Of a stretch of 64,000 bases of DNA, positions 56,276 to 64,000 are shown in pieces. The notes beneath the pieces are model-generated. The model worked only from the letters and a program-made list of their open reading frames with translations, was not told the DNA's origin and did not search any database. The position numbers and the translations under genes are program-made. The stretch comes from an uncultured virus (IMG/VR IMGVR_UViG_3300042502_001806) (Duplodnaviria; Heunggongvirae; Uroviricota; Caudoviricetes): IMG/VR virus record IMGVR_UViG_3300042502_001806. One strand, 5' to 3'. How positions within the stretch are numbered: position 1 is the first letter of the stretch; each line of letters opens with the position of its first letter.

Positions 56276-57020
56276 TTAAGGATTGTCTTATAAAGTAAGA
56301 AAGTGGTGTTTTGTTTAGTATTTCGGACTCAGTTAGATTTTCAGCTTCCTTATAAACACTATTCGTAAGAATAATTAATGGTTGAAATTCTCTTACTAAA
56401 TTTTCCCAATTTTCATAAGGTTTTGTTAGATACTCTTGTTTTTGTATTTTCCAACTTACTGGATACATATTTTCACCACCATCATAGAATTTATAATTCT
56501 TATACAAATATGGTTCATTATCAGTAAACTTTTTTAAAATATCATTTCCGATTTCTTCCCAAGATATTTTATTTTGTTTCTGATTTAATATATTAGTTAA
56601 TGATTGAGACCATTTATGAAAAAGTTCTGTACCTGGTATAGTTCCTAATATTCCATTACAAAGTTTTTTATTGTACTTATCATCAGATTGAAGTATAAAA
56701 AATCCATCCTGATTCTTGATTATATCAAACAATGAACTCAAATCGTTCATAACTACAGTGTCACTATCTAACCAAATACCTCCATATTTATATAAAATAT
56801 TAACTCTTATAAAATCTGCCTGGTGTGCTGGATGTAAGTTAAAAAAATAACTTGGAACCTCATCTAAATAATTTAAGATATTATTTTGGTTCAATAAGTG
56901 AACTTTATAGTTTATGCCATTATTAGAGTGATGATAAATAAGACCTCTTAAAAACTTTATTAACTTATAATCAAATCCCGTCCAATATAAAAAAACGTTA
57001 TTCTCAAATTTATCAACCAT
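56265..57020 (-). CDS. GT32 / capsular polysaccharide synthesis-like glycosyltransferase
   Basis: HQADFIRVNILYKYGGIWLDSD. Confidence 0.85.
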   Translation of the reverse strand: MVDKFENNVFLYWTGFDYKLIKFLRGLIYHHSNNGINYKVHLLNQNNILNYLDEVPSYFFNLHPAHQADFIRVNILYKYGGIWLDSDTVVMNDLSSLFDIIKNQDGFFILQSDDKYNKKLCNGILGTIPGTELFHKWSQSLTNILNQKQNKISWEEIGNDILKKFTDNEPYLYKNYKFYDGGENMYPVSWKIQKQEYLTKPYENWENLVREFQPLIILTNSVYKEAENLTESEILNKTPLSYFIRQSLTSQ

Positions 57021-58078
57021 TAAACTGTAAAGTTTTTAGATGATTTTAACTTTTCAAGGGTATATTTTTCATCAAGTTCAATCTTCTTAGGAATCTTAAT
57101 TGATATCTTTATATAAAGGTCACCTAAGCCATATTGAATATCTGGAATACCTTTACCACTCATTCTGATAACTTTACCGTGTTCAGTTCCTGGTTCAATT
57201 GTTACAGATATTTCACCATGTGGTGTTTTAACTTTTACATTTGATCCAATAATAGCATCAATGACTGAAATGGTTTTCTCAACAATAATATTGTTATTTT
57301 CTCTTTTGAAAGAGTAATCATTCAATTCCTCAATAACAATATGTAAATCTCCTGGTTGACCATTTCTAACATGATTACCAAATCCTGGCATTGATAATTG
57401 CATGCCATTAGATACACCTGCTGGGATATCAACATCAACAGTTTGTTCTTTAAAAACCGTACCATCACCTTTACAATCTTTACATTTATTATGAACGTGT
57501 TGACCGCTACCACCACAATCAGGACAAGAAGTAGCTTGTCTTATTTGACCAAATGGTGTGTTTTGAACAACTGTTCTTTGACCTGATCCATTACAAGGAA
57601 TACAATTTCTAACATCTGTACCACCTTTACCATCACAAGTTCCACACTTATCTTGTCTTTTATATTTTAATTTCTTAGAGACACCTTTAAGAATTTCATC
57701 AATTGTTAAACTAACTTTAATTCTCAAATTAGAGCCTCTACTTTGTGGTTTTTGTCCACCACCATACCTTTGGTTAAAAGAGTTGCCAAAGATATCTCCA
57801 AAATTACTGAATATATCTTCCATATTAAATCCGCCACCACCAAATGGATTTCCACCGCCACCATTTGCCGATCCAAATCTATCATAGTTAGATTTTTTAT
57901 CTGGTGTTGATAAAACATCATAAGCTTCAGCCGCTTCTTTGAATTTAGACTCTGCTTCTGGATTATCAGGATTTTTGTCTGGATGAAACTTCATTGCCAT
58001 CTTACGATAAGCTTTTTTAATTTCATCTTCTGAAGCGTTTCTATCAACGCCTAATACATTGTAATAATCTTTACTCAT
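57020..58078 (-). CDS. dnaJ: Molecular chaperone DnaJ
   Basis: J-domain with HPD, G/F-rich region, four CxxCxGxG repeats, C-terminal domains. Confidence 0.97.
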   Translation of the reverse strand: MSKDYYNVLGVDRNASEDEIKKAYRKMAMKFHPDKNPDNPEAESKFKEAAEAYDVLSTPDKKSNYDRFGSANGGGGNPFGGGGFNMEDIFSNFGDIFGNSFNQRYGGGQKPQSRGSNLRIKVSLTIDEILKGVSKKLKYKRQDKCGTCDGKGGTDVRNCIPCNGSGQRTVVQNTPFGQIRQATSCPDCGGSGQHVHNKCKDCKGDGTVFKEQTVDVDIPAGVSNGMQLSMPGFGNHVRNGQPGDLHIVIEELNDYSFKRENNNIIVEKTISVIDAIIGSNVKVKTPHGEISVTIEPGTEHGKVIRMSGKGIPDIQYGLGDLYIKISIKIPKKIELDEKYTLEKLKSSKNFTV

Positions 58079-58389
58079 GTTAATATTTGTCTTATTTTTG
58101 ATTCTCTATATATTTGTATGGGTGTTTCGGTCAGTTTTATAGTTACCCATCTGTTATAATTTATTATAAACTCACTATTATAAACTTTGGCTGTCATAAT
58201 TGGAAGTTCTTCGATTATTTCTTTGAAGATAGTATTAGCATCTTCTAATTTCCAATCTTTCATATCAGTTAGTCTATTACAGAAATAATCCATACAAGGT
58301 GAAGCAGTGTCTATAACATTTCCTAAATACTTATCGCCTTTGAATCCCTCTGGAGCCGAGTCTGATATTTCAACATACCAATCCGTCAT
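58075..58389 (-). CDS. Hypothetical protein
   Basis: 104 aa; C-terminal [10 protein letters not shown]. Confidence 0.7.
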   Translation of the reverse strand: MTDWYVEISDSAPEGFKGDKYLGNVIDTASPCMDYFCNRLTDMKDWKLEDANTIFKEIIEELPIMTAKVYNSEFIINYNRWVTIKLTETPIQIYRESKIRQILT

Positions 58390-58973
58390 AACAAATCATC
58401 TTTATTTTCTTCAAAGATTTGATTTATAGTTTCTTCTCTTTTATATTGTTTTAACATACCTTCAATTGCTTGTTCGTGATCTTCAATGTCTAGAACTTTT
58501 TGAACTAAACTAGCAACATAATTATCAACAATTAGAGTTAATGTTTCGGCAGTTCTATCGATATGTTCAAAATGTTGAAGACAATCTTTTGATTTAATAA
58601 ACATATCAATTAGATAATCAATAAATTCATCAGCATTGAAGAACATAGTAAATAGTTTATATCTATGTCCATTATTATATCCTGTTTCTTTGAAAAGTGT
58701 TGGTGGGTCAATAAAGACCTTACCAAATACTCTTCTAATTGCCGGTAGTACTAAATCTAAAGTTTCATCTTCTTCGAGATATAAAGCTCCTTTGAATTCC
58801 TCTCTATCAAATAAATAATATTTTTCATCAACAACATATTCTAATAAAGACTTAAACGAATGAAGATGTTGACTAGATATTCCTTGACATAAAGCGTCAA
58901 TGATAGCTTTTTTATATTGTTCATCTTTATAAAGATCTAAGAAGCTTTTTTTATTCTCTACTTTATTTGACAT
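58386..58973 (-). CDS. Hypothetical protein
   Basis: 195 aa; LVLPAIRRVF; near-terminal KREETINQIF. Confidence 0.7.
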   Translation of the reverse strand: MSNKVENKKSFLDLYKDEQYKKAIIDALCQGISSQHLHSFKSLLEYVVDEKYYLFDREEFKGALYLEEDETLDLVLPAIRRVFGKVFIDPPTLFKETGYNNGHRYKLFTMFFNADEFIDYLIDMFIKSKDCLQHFEHIDRTAETLTLIVDNYVASLVQKVLDIEDHEQAIEGMLKQYKREETINQIFEENKDDLL

Positions 58974-59422
58974 TATTGACTAATAACAATTTTTGGATGT
59001 CTGAAAGGTTTACCATTTAATGAATAACCTTTACTAACAACATCAACAACACCTGGTTTACCAGTTGGAATTACACTAATAACTTCATGTAACTCATCAT
59101 CATAAGTTTCAGTTTGAATAGTTTCAATACCTTGTGATTTCAAGAAGTTCTCAAGTTTTTGAGCAATAAGTTGAACTCCTTCTTTTGCTGATTCATCTTT
59201 GATGTTTTTAATAGCAATAGCCACATCATTGTCCATATCAAGAATAGAAGAAACCATATTTACTTTAGTATTAAATCTGATTTCTTCTTTATCTTTTTGA
59301 ACTCTTCTTTTGTAATTTTCAAATTCAGCATAAAGACGAACATACTTATCTTCAGCTTCTGCCAACTTTTCAACTAAATCTTTTTCCTGAATTTGTTCGT
59401 TTTCAATTTGATTTTCTTCCAT
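58973..59422 (-). CDS. grpE: Nucleotide exchange factor GrpE
   Basis: RLYAEFENYKRR, YDxELHE, KGYSLNGKxxRHxKIV. Confidence 0.92.
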   Translation of the reverse strand: MEENQIENEQIQEKDLVEKLAEAEDKYVRLYAEFENYKRRVQKDKEEIRFNTKVNMVSSILDMDNDVAIAIKNIKDESAKEGVQLIAQKLENFLKSQGIETIQTETYDDELHEVISVIPTGKPGVVDVVSKGYSLNGKPFRHPKIVISQ

Positions 59423-59426
59423 AGTA

Positions 59427-59912
59427 TTAATAATTAAATTTTAATAGTTTTCTTACATTGTTTGAGTTATAAAACTCATAGGTTACATTTTTGTCTACAA
59501 TCTTATGTATTTCAAGTTTTTCAACTTCTATCTTCATAATTTCAACATAATCAACTAACTCTTTTAGAGATCTTGACCAATTTGAATTTGGTTCCCAATA
59601 ATCAGGAAACTTATCTACGAATTTATCAATAGCAAAGTCAAATGTTTTCTTTCTAACAAGTAAGTATTCTTTTTCTTTAATGGATTTGTTTGTTAAAAAC
59701 TCCATAATATAAGAATTGAATTTGTGAATAAGATTATCTGTTTCAATTAACTTTAACAAACCTATTACTAAAGCATCTCTTTCTGAGAGTTCCATTTCGG
59801 CATTTTCTTTTAATAATTTTTCTGCTTCTTTCTCAGAACCGACGATGTAATATACATAGTGGTCCCATAAACACATCCTTACAATATCTTCTGGATAAAT
59901 TTTTATATTCAT
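59427..59912 (-). CDS. Hypothetical protein
   Basis: 161-aa ORF, first gene of the chaperone operon. Confidence 0.7.
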   Translation of the reverse strand: MNIKIYPEDIVRMCLWDHYVYYIVGSEKEAEKLLKENAEMELSERDALVIGLLKLIETDNLIHKFNSYIMEFLTNKSIKEKEYLLVRKKTFDFAIDKFVDKFPDYWEPNSNWSRSLKELVDYVEIMKIEVEKLEIHKIVDKNVTYEFYNSNNVRKLLKFNY

Positions 59913-60132
59913 TTATATAATTTATTTTTTAATTATAGTCTATCACTGACATAAAGTTTTCTACTTTATCTAAATAGAAAATTAAGTCTGGATAATAGAC
60001 TACACCATAGTTTTAGAAAAACTTTTAAAAAAGTTGAAAATTGTTTAAAAAAACAAGAAAAATTGTTAAAAAATGTAATATATAATCTCACTTTTACTAC
60101 CGTAAAAGACAAAAAAATCAATATTTAATGAA

Positions 60133-60363
60133 TTGAAAAACATTGTTAATTCAGAAGTGGATACCCCTGACGGCAAAGCCACTCTAAAGGAAATCTATGT
60201 AACAGAATTAGGTTACATAATGGCAAAAGTTTACTACCCAAAAAAAGGTGTTTATGTTAATCACAAAATTGGGTCTCTTAAAAACCTACTAAAATCAGAT
60301 GGATTGAATTTAGTATCTGAATGGACAGAACATATAGTATTAGAAGAAAAGTTGGTTAAATAA
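60133..60363 (+). CDS. Hypothetical protein
   Basis: 76 aa, TTG start; followed by terminator-like AAGTTGGTT/AACCAACTT. Confidence 0.55.
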   Translation: MKNIVNSEVDTPDGKATLKEIYVTELGYIMAKVYYPKKGVYVNHKIGSLKNLLKSDGLNLVSEWTEHIVLEEKLVK

Positions 60364-60407
60364 CCAACTTTCTTTTTTTTAAATCAATTTTTATATATAT
60401 TTGTAAA

Positions 60408-61049
60408 ATGAGTAAGTACAACAGAACATATCATTTACCGTGGTCACCTGGTTCTACCAATGACGATAGGATATCAAACGGAGTTGAATCTCTGTTAGGT
60501 ATTGATATTGTTATTACCGAGAAATTAGATGGTGAAAACTGTGGAATGACAGATGATGGTGTTTATGCCAGAAGTCATGCGGCATTCACTACATCACCTT
60601 GGTCAAGAGAGGTTAGACAACTACATAAACTTTCAGTTGAAGACGAGTTAGGTGATGGTGTTTATCTTTTTGGTGAAAATATGGAAGGCATTCATTCAAT
60701 TGAATATACTAACCTAACATCTTATTTTTATATCTTTGGAGTTAGAGATAATAACATCTGGATTCCTTGGGATAAAGTTGAAGAATATTCTTATCTTTTA
60801 GATATACCAACTGTACCTGTTTTATTTAAGGGTGTAGTTAATACTGAAAAAGAATTAAAAGACCTTGTTATGAGCTTAGTAAGCAAACCATCACAACTGG
60901 GTGGTCAAATAGAAGGCATAGTTGTTAGAAATGCTTCGTTATTTCACAATGACGACTTTGTTGATAATGTAATGAAGTGGGTTAGAAAAGGTCATGTTCA
61001 AACTGATGAACATTGGACTCGTAACTGGGTTAAAGCAAAAATTAATTAA
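60408..61049 (+). CDS. RNA ligase (Rnl2-like adenylation domain)
   Basis: KYxRTxHLPWS, TEKLDGEN, ARS, FGEN, EGIVVR, KWVRxxH. Confidence 0.88.
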   Translation: MSKYNRTYHLPWSPGSTNDDRISNGVESLLGIDIVITEKLDGENCGMTDDGVYARSHAAFTTSPWSREVRQLHKLSVEDELGDGVYLFGENMEGIHSIEYTNLTSYFYIFGVRDNNIWIPWDKVEEYSYLLDIPTVPVLFKGVVNTEKELKDLVMSLVSKPSQLGGQIEGIVVRNASLFHNDDFVDNVMKWVRKGHVQTDEHWTRNWVKAKIN

Positions 61050-61053
61050 TAAT

Positions 61054-61242
61054 ATGGAACTTGAAAATAAAATTGAATTAAACAAACAAATTAGAGGTTA
61101 CAAGGGAACAAACACTTTTGTAATTTCTTTACAGAAACAACTTAAAACAAATAAGTATTTATCTAAAGTAGAATGGAAAGGTAAAGAAGTTAAGATTTTA
61201 AGTGACAAACAATACGAAGCAGCAATTAGTGCTTTAGCATAA
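61054..61242 (+). CDS. Small hypothetical protein
   Basis: MELENK...LSDKQYEAA; non-overlapping start at 61054. Confidence 0.6.
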   Translation: MELENKIELNKQIRGYKGTNTFVISLQKQLKTNKYLSKVEWKGKEVKILSDKQYEAAISALA

Positions 61243-61271
61243 AAAAAGACCCTAATAAATAGGGTCCTTTT
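61241..61271. terminator. Bidirectional terminator
   Basis: A-run, GACCCTA...TAGGGTC, T-run between convergent genes. Confidence 0.7.
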
Positions 61272-61289
61272 TATTTAGATTAACGGCAA

Positions 61290-63470
61290 TTAATCGGTTA
61301 TTGTAACTAAGTGATCTTCTGTTTCACCTGATTGAAATTTACTACAAGGCGTTAAGTAAATTCCATATAAGCCTCCACCTAATACTAATCTAAGACAAGT
61401 AACTCCCGGCATAACATTTAATGGTATTGTTATAGTTCCTGTTATATGTTTAGGTCCGGTCACACCATCAACTTGTAAAACCTTTTCGTTATCATCAAAT
61501 ACGCCATTTTGATTAAAGTCTATCCAACCACCTACTGAAGCGGTATAATATGGTGAAGCTGGTATATCACAATCATTATCATAAATATCAAATGAGTATG
61601 TACTGCCCTTTTTTAGTGTAGTAAATGAACCGTTTGGTTTAAAGTCTGAGTATTCATTTAAGTAGGATTTAGCACCGGGTGCTTGTTTACCACAATCTAG
61701 ACCAACCTTTACTCCATTTAACGTGAAGTCTATAATTTCTTCATCAGCCTGACCACCAGCACCAGACTCACAATAACAATCAGTAAACTTATTTAAATCA
61801 ATTAAAATTGACTCTGTTTCTTTTAATACATCACCACATTTAACTTTACAAATAAAAGTAGTAGGTTCTGATACAACTGGTTCATAAAAAAAATCAGTAG
61901 ATCCACTTACCACTTGACCATTTTTAATCCATTGATAACTATCACCTGTTATAGATGGGTAAAGTAATAAACTACTGCCTTTACAAACTTTAGTATCGCT
62001 ACTTATTATTTTAGGAGTATTATCACAATTAACATCACTAACTAAATTAATTGTGTAGTCCTCAGTTTCTCCAAAAGCATAAGATCCACATGATGAAATT
62101 GCGTTTTGTGTTTCGTTCACAATAACTCTAACTCCTGTTATACCTGGTTGTGATGTAACTGGAATTTTAATAAAACCTTTTCTGACATTGGCAGTTGGAC
62201 CATAAACAACAGGTGATAAATAAATTTGTTCACTACCCTCAAATTCACCATTTCTATTAATATCTATAAAAATAGCGGCACGATTATAAGCACCGTTAGT
62301 ACCACATAATGATGTTTCAACAATAAATGGAACACTAGAACCAATTTTAATATCTGTAGGTTTATCATCTCTGTAATTTGAGTATAAAGATTTTTTTGAT
62401 CCTTCACCGGGTGCTAAATCACCACAGTCTCCAGCTCTAACTCCAAATATAACACTAGTACCAACACTGGATTTTTTATCTAAATTACCTAATTTGAAAT
62501 GTGTTATCTCTTCATCTGTTGGTGATTGAGCCGTACTTGGACAATAACAATTATAAAAAGGATTAATTGGTATTTTTATAATATTTGTATAAGTAACAAG
62601 ACTACCACAGCTAACCTTACATCTATAATATGTCTCGGTTGTTTGTGATGTAATTACTGATGAACTATTACCAATAGAAGCGGCATCATTGAAAGATAAA
62701 CTATTTGATTTCTGCCAGTCATATGATATACCGCCTTCAGCTATTTTATTAGTCAATGAAAGTGTGAATTGTTGGTTTGGACAAACAACATTATTCGTTG
62801 AAACAGCTAAACCTGTATTAGGTAATGTTGAACACATGTTAGGAGCCGTATATGTTATTCTAATTGTTGGTTTTAGAGAACCAGATGTTGGTAGTAGCAA
62901 AGCATCTTGTGGTATTAATACTGGACTTGTTACCTGAATAGCTTTACCAACAGAGGCTTTTTGATAGAAAGTTAATGGTCCAACACATGTTCCCACTTTA
63001 GCCCAATCTGTTAGTATAGATAAGCTTCCTCCTTCATAGATAAAACCAGATGAGAATGGACAAGGTATCCAATAGTTTGTTGTAGCTGGGAATTCCATTT
63101 TATCAGTTGAGAAAACTGTTTGTGAGTTTTGTAAAAATTCTGAATAATTAGCAGACGTACCCATTGTTGTTTTAGATGTATTAGAAATAATAACATTGAA
63201 TTTATTATTACCGGTAGCAGTCGCGTTATTTGCTTTTAGCCATTCCACTTTTGTAATGGTTGATCCAGATGGAATGTTTAATTCATCTTTAGTGTAAAGA
63301 TAAGCAGACTTAGAATATTTTGCGGTCTGAGCAGTAACTCTTTGATAGATAGGACCTGTTTGATAGGATGAAGCACCAGAGATTGGCCCAATTGTTACAC
63401 TTTGGGCAAGACAAGTGTTGATAGTTAGTATTGATAGTATCAATACCATAAGTTGTTTAATTTTTCTCAT
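61290..63470 (-). CDS. Secreted protein with two GEVED-like domains and Ig-like segments
   Basis: Sec signal peptide ending CLAQ; IDINRNGEFE...GETEDY and WIDFNQNGVFDD...GETEDH; YC-x-S motifs. Confidence 0.85.
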   Translation of the reverse strand: MRKIKQLMVLILSILTINTCLAQSVTIGPISGASSYQTGPIYQRVTAQTAKYSKSAYLYTKDELNIPSGSTITKVEWLKANNATATGNNKFNVIISNTSKTTMGTSANYSEFLQNSQTVFSTDKMEFPATTNYWIPCPFSSGFIYEGGSLSILTDWAKVGTCVGPLTFYQKASVGKAIQVTSPVLIPQDALLLPTSGSLKPTIRITYTAPNMCSTLPNTGLAVSTNNVVCPNQQFTLSLTNKIAEGGISYDWQKSNSLSFNDAASIGNSSSVITSQTTETYYRCKVSCGSLVTYTNIIKIPINPFYNCYCPSTAQSPTDEEITHFKLGNLDKKSSVGTSVIFGVRAGDCGDLAPGEGSKKSLYSNYRDDKPTDIKIGSSVPFIVETSLCGTNGAYNRAAIFIDINRNGEFEGSEQIYLSPVVYGPTANVRKGFIKIPVTSQPGITGVRVIVNETQNAISSCGSYAFGETEDYTINLVSDVNCDNTPKIISSDTKVCKGSSLLLYPSITGDSYQWIKNGQVVSGSTDFFYEPVVSEPTTFICKVKCGDVLKETESILIDLNKFTDCYCESGAGGQADEEIIDFTLNGVKVGLDCGKQAPGAKSYLNEYSDFKPNGSFTTLKKGSTYSFDIYDNDCDIPASPYYTASVGGWIDFNQNGVFDDNEKVLQVDGVTGPKHITGTITIPLNVMPGVTCLRLVLGGGLYGIYLTPCSKFQSGETEDHLVTITD

Positions 63471-63570
63471 AACGTTTTTATTTTTATATAATAATATAAC
63501 TAGTTCATAACCAGCTATTTACTCGTTAAAATAATGTTAATAAGCTGTAAATCAATGTATATCTATAAAT

Positions 63571-63595
63571 AAAAAAGACCCATAAGGGTCTTTTT
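63571..63595. terminator. Intrinsic terminator
   Basis: AAAAAAGACCC-ataa-GGGTCTTTTT. Confidence 0.75.
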
Positions 63596-64000
63596 ATTTT
63601 ATTTTCTTAAATACTATTGAAACTTGTTTAAGTTTAATTTCAGTTACTTTATTTCTTTCTTTCAATCCATTTTGAACAGTTGGTGATGGAAATTCACTAT
63701 TTCTATTCACTTTTAAATCAAGATTAAGTGACCAGGATTTAGTACAATTATCTAAATCAGATAATAATGTATCTAAGTCTGAACCTGTTAGAACTAATTT
63801 ATCATTAGAAGCATAACTCATACTTAACTTTTCAACATTAAGAGTTTGATAATATCTACTCCAAAGAGGTTTGTCAGTATCTTCATCATATCTACTTGAA
63901 TACTCTTTAGCAGCGTTAATTATTTCAGTTCCAAATCTACCAGCATTACCATTGTAGAATAATGGACCTTTAACTTTATACTTTATAATATAGTTGAAAT
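63594..64000 (-). CDS. Hypothetical protein, 5' end beyond window
   Basis: The 63594-63821 reading frame stays open to the window end. Confidence 0.65.
   Translation of the reverse strand, partial: FNYIIKYKVKGPLFYNGNAGRFGTEIINAAKEYSSRYDEDTDKPLWSRYYQTLNVEKLSMSYASNDKLVLTGSDLDTLLSDLDNCTKSWSLNLDLKVNRNSEFPSPTVQNGLKERNKVTEIKLKQVSIVFKKIK

Noticed and set aside
59960..60130. A-tract-rich intergenic region as a replication origin
   Set aside because: No iterons or clear repeats; a divergent promoter region explains it adequately.
3040..63196. Short ORFs nested in or antisense to confident genes (for example 3040, 4336, 5078, 6834, 15663, 16929, 19863, 26194, 27806, 28657, 29850, 30310, 32023, 34357, 38639, 40075, 41096, 46389, 48763, 48963, 53176, 57322, 57398, 57724, 58636, 62689, 63011)
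   Set aside because: Shadow frames with no motifs, lying within better supported genes.
1..64000. Stop-codon reassignment as in some Bacteroidota phages
   Set aside because: Well-known genes are full length in code 11, TAG and TGA end genes at expected positions (for example 10548, 16820, 18835), and no suppressor tRNA is seen.
1..64000. Bacterial chromosome or eukaryotic giant virus origin
   Set aside because: gp32-, gp13- and tail-like genes, many unknown ORFs, bacterial promoters, overlapping operons and intrinsic terminators point to a large phage. The full genome would be needed to confirm this.

Overview
A very AT-rich, gene-dense segment that reads as a jumbo/huge tailed phage with T4-like core genes (gp32-like SSB, gp13-like neck protein, gp3/gp19-like tail protein). 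The host is probably a Bacteroidota member: TTTG-N19-21-TAnnTTTG promoters recur, there are no Shine-Dalgarno sites, and there is a GEVED-domain protein. Genetic code 11 gives intact genes. Contents: an eight-gene tRNA array (Pro x3, Asp x3, Gln x2) ending in glutaminyl-tRNA synthetase; RNA repair and translation-rescue genes; ClpC, DnaJ and GrpE; a 20-kb sugar-nucleotide and glycosyltransferase operon; nucleotide metabolism genes (nrdB, deoC, IMPDH/GMPR-like, NDT-like); and a block of putative virion-packaged proteins sharing an N-terminal MKYLKxFNE-like tag. The most striking unannotated system is a pair of short leader peptides, each followed by a terminator with a competing antiterminator helix. 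They sit in front of the tRNA sub-arrays and their control codons match the downstream tRNAs: PQPQDQD precedes tRNA-Pro/Asp, and QYQQQQ precedes tRNA-Gln plus glnS. This looks like ribosome-stalling attenuation that would switch on replacement tRNAs when the cognate charged tRNA is depleted. Also notable are a triplicated four-hairpin ncRNA upstream of a small membrane peptide, a tRNA-3'-end-complementary sequence in an RNA ligase leader, and three promoter classes. All calls are by eye from motifs; no searches were run.
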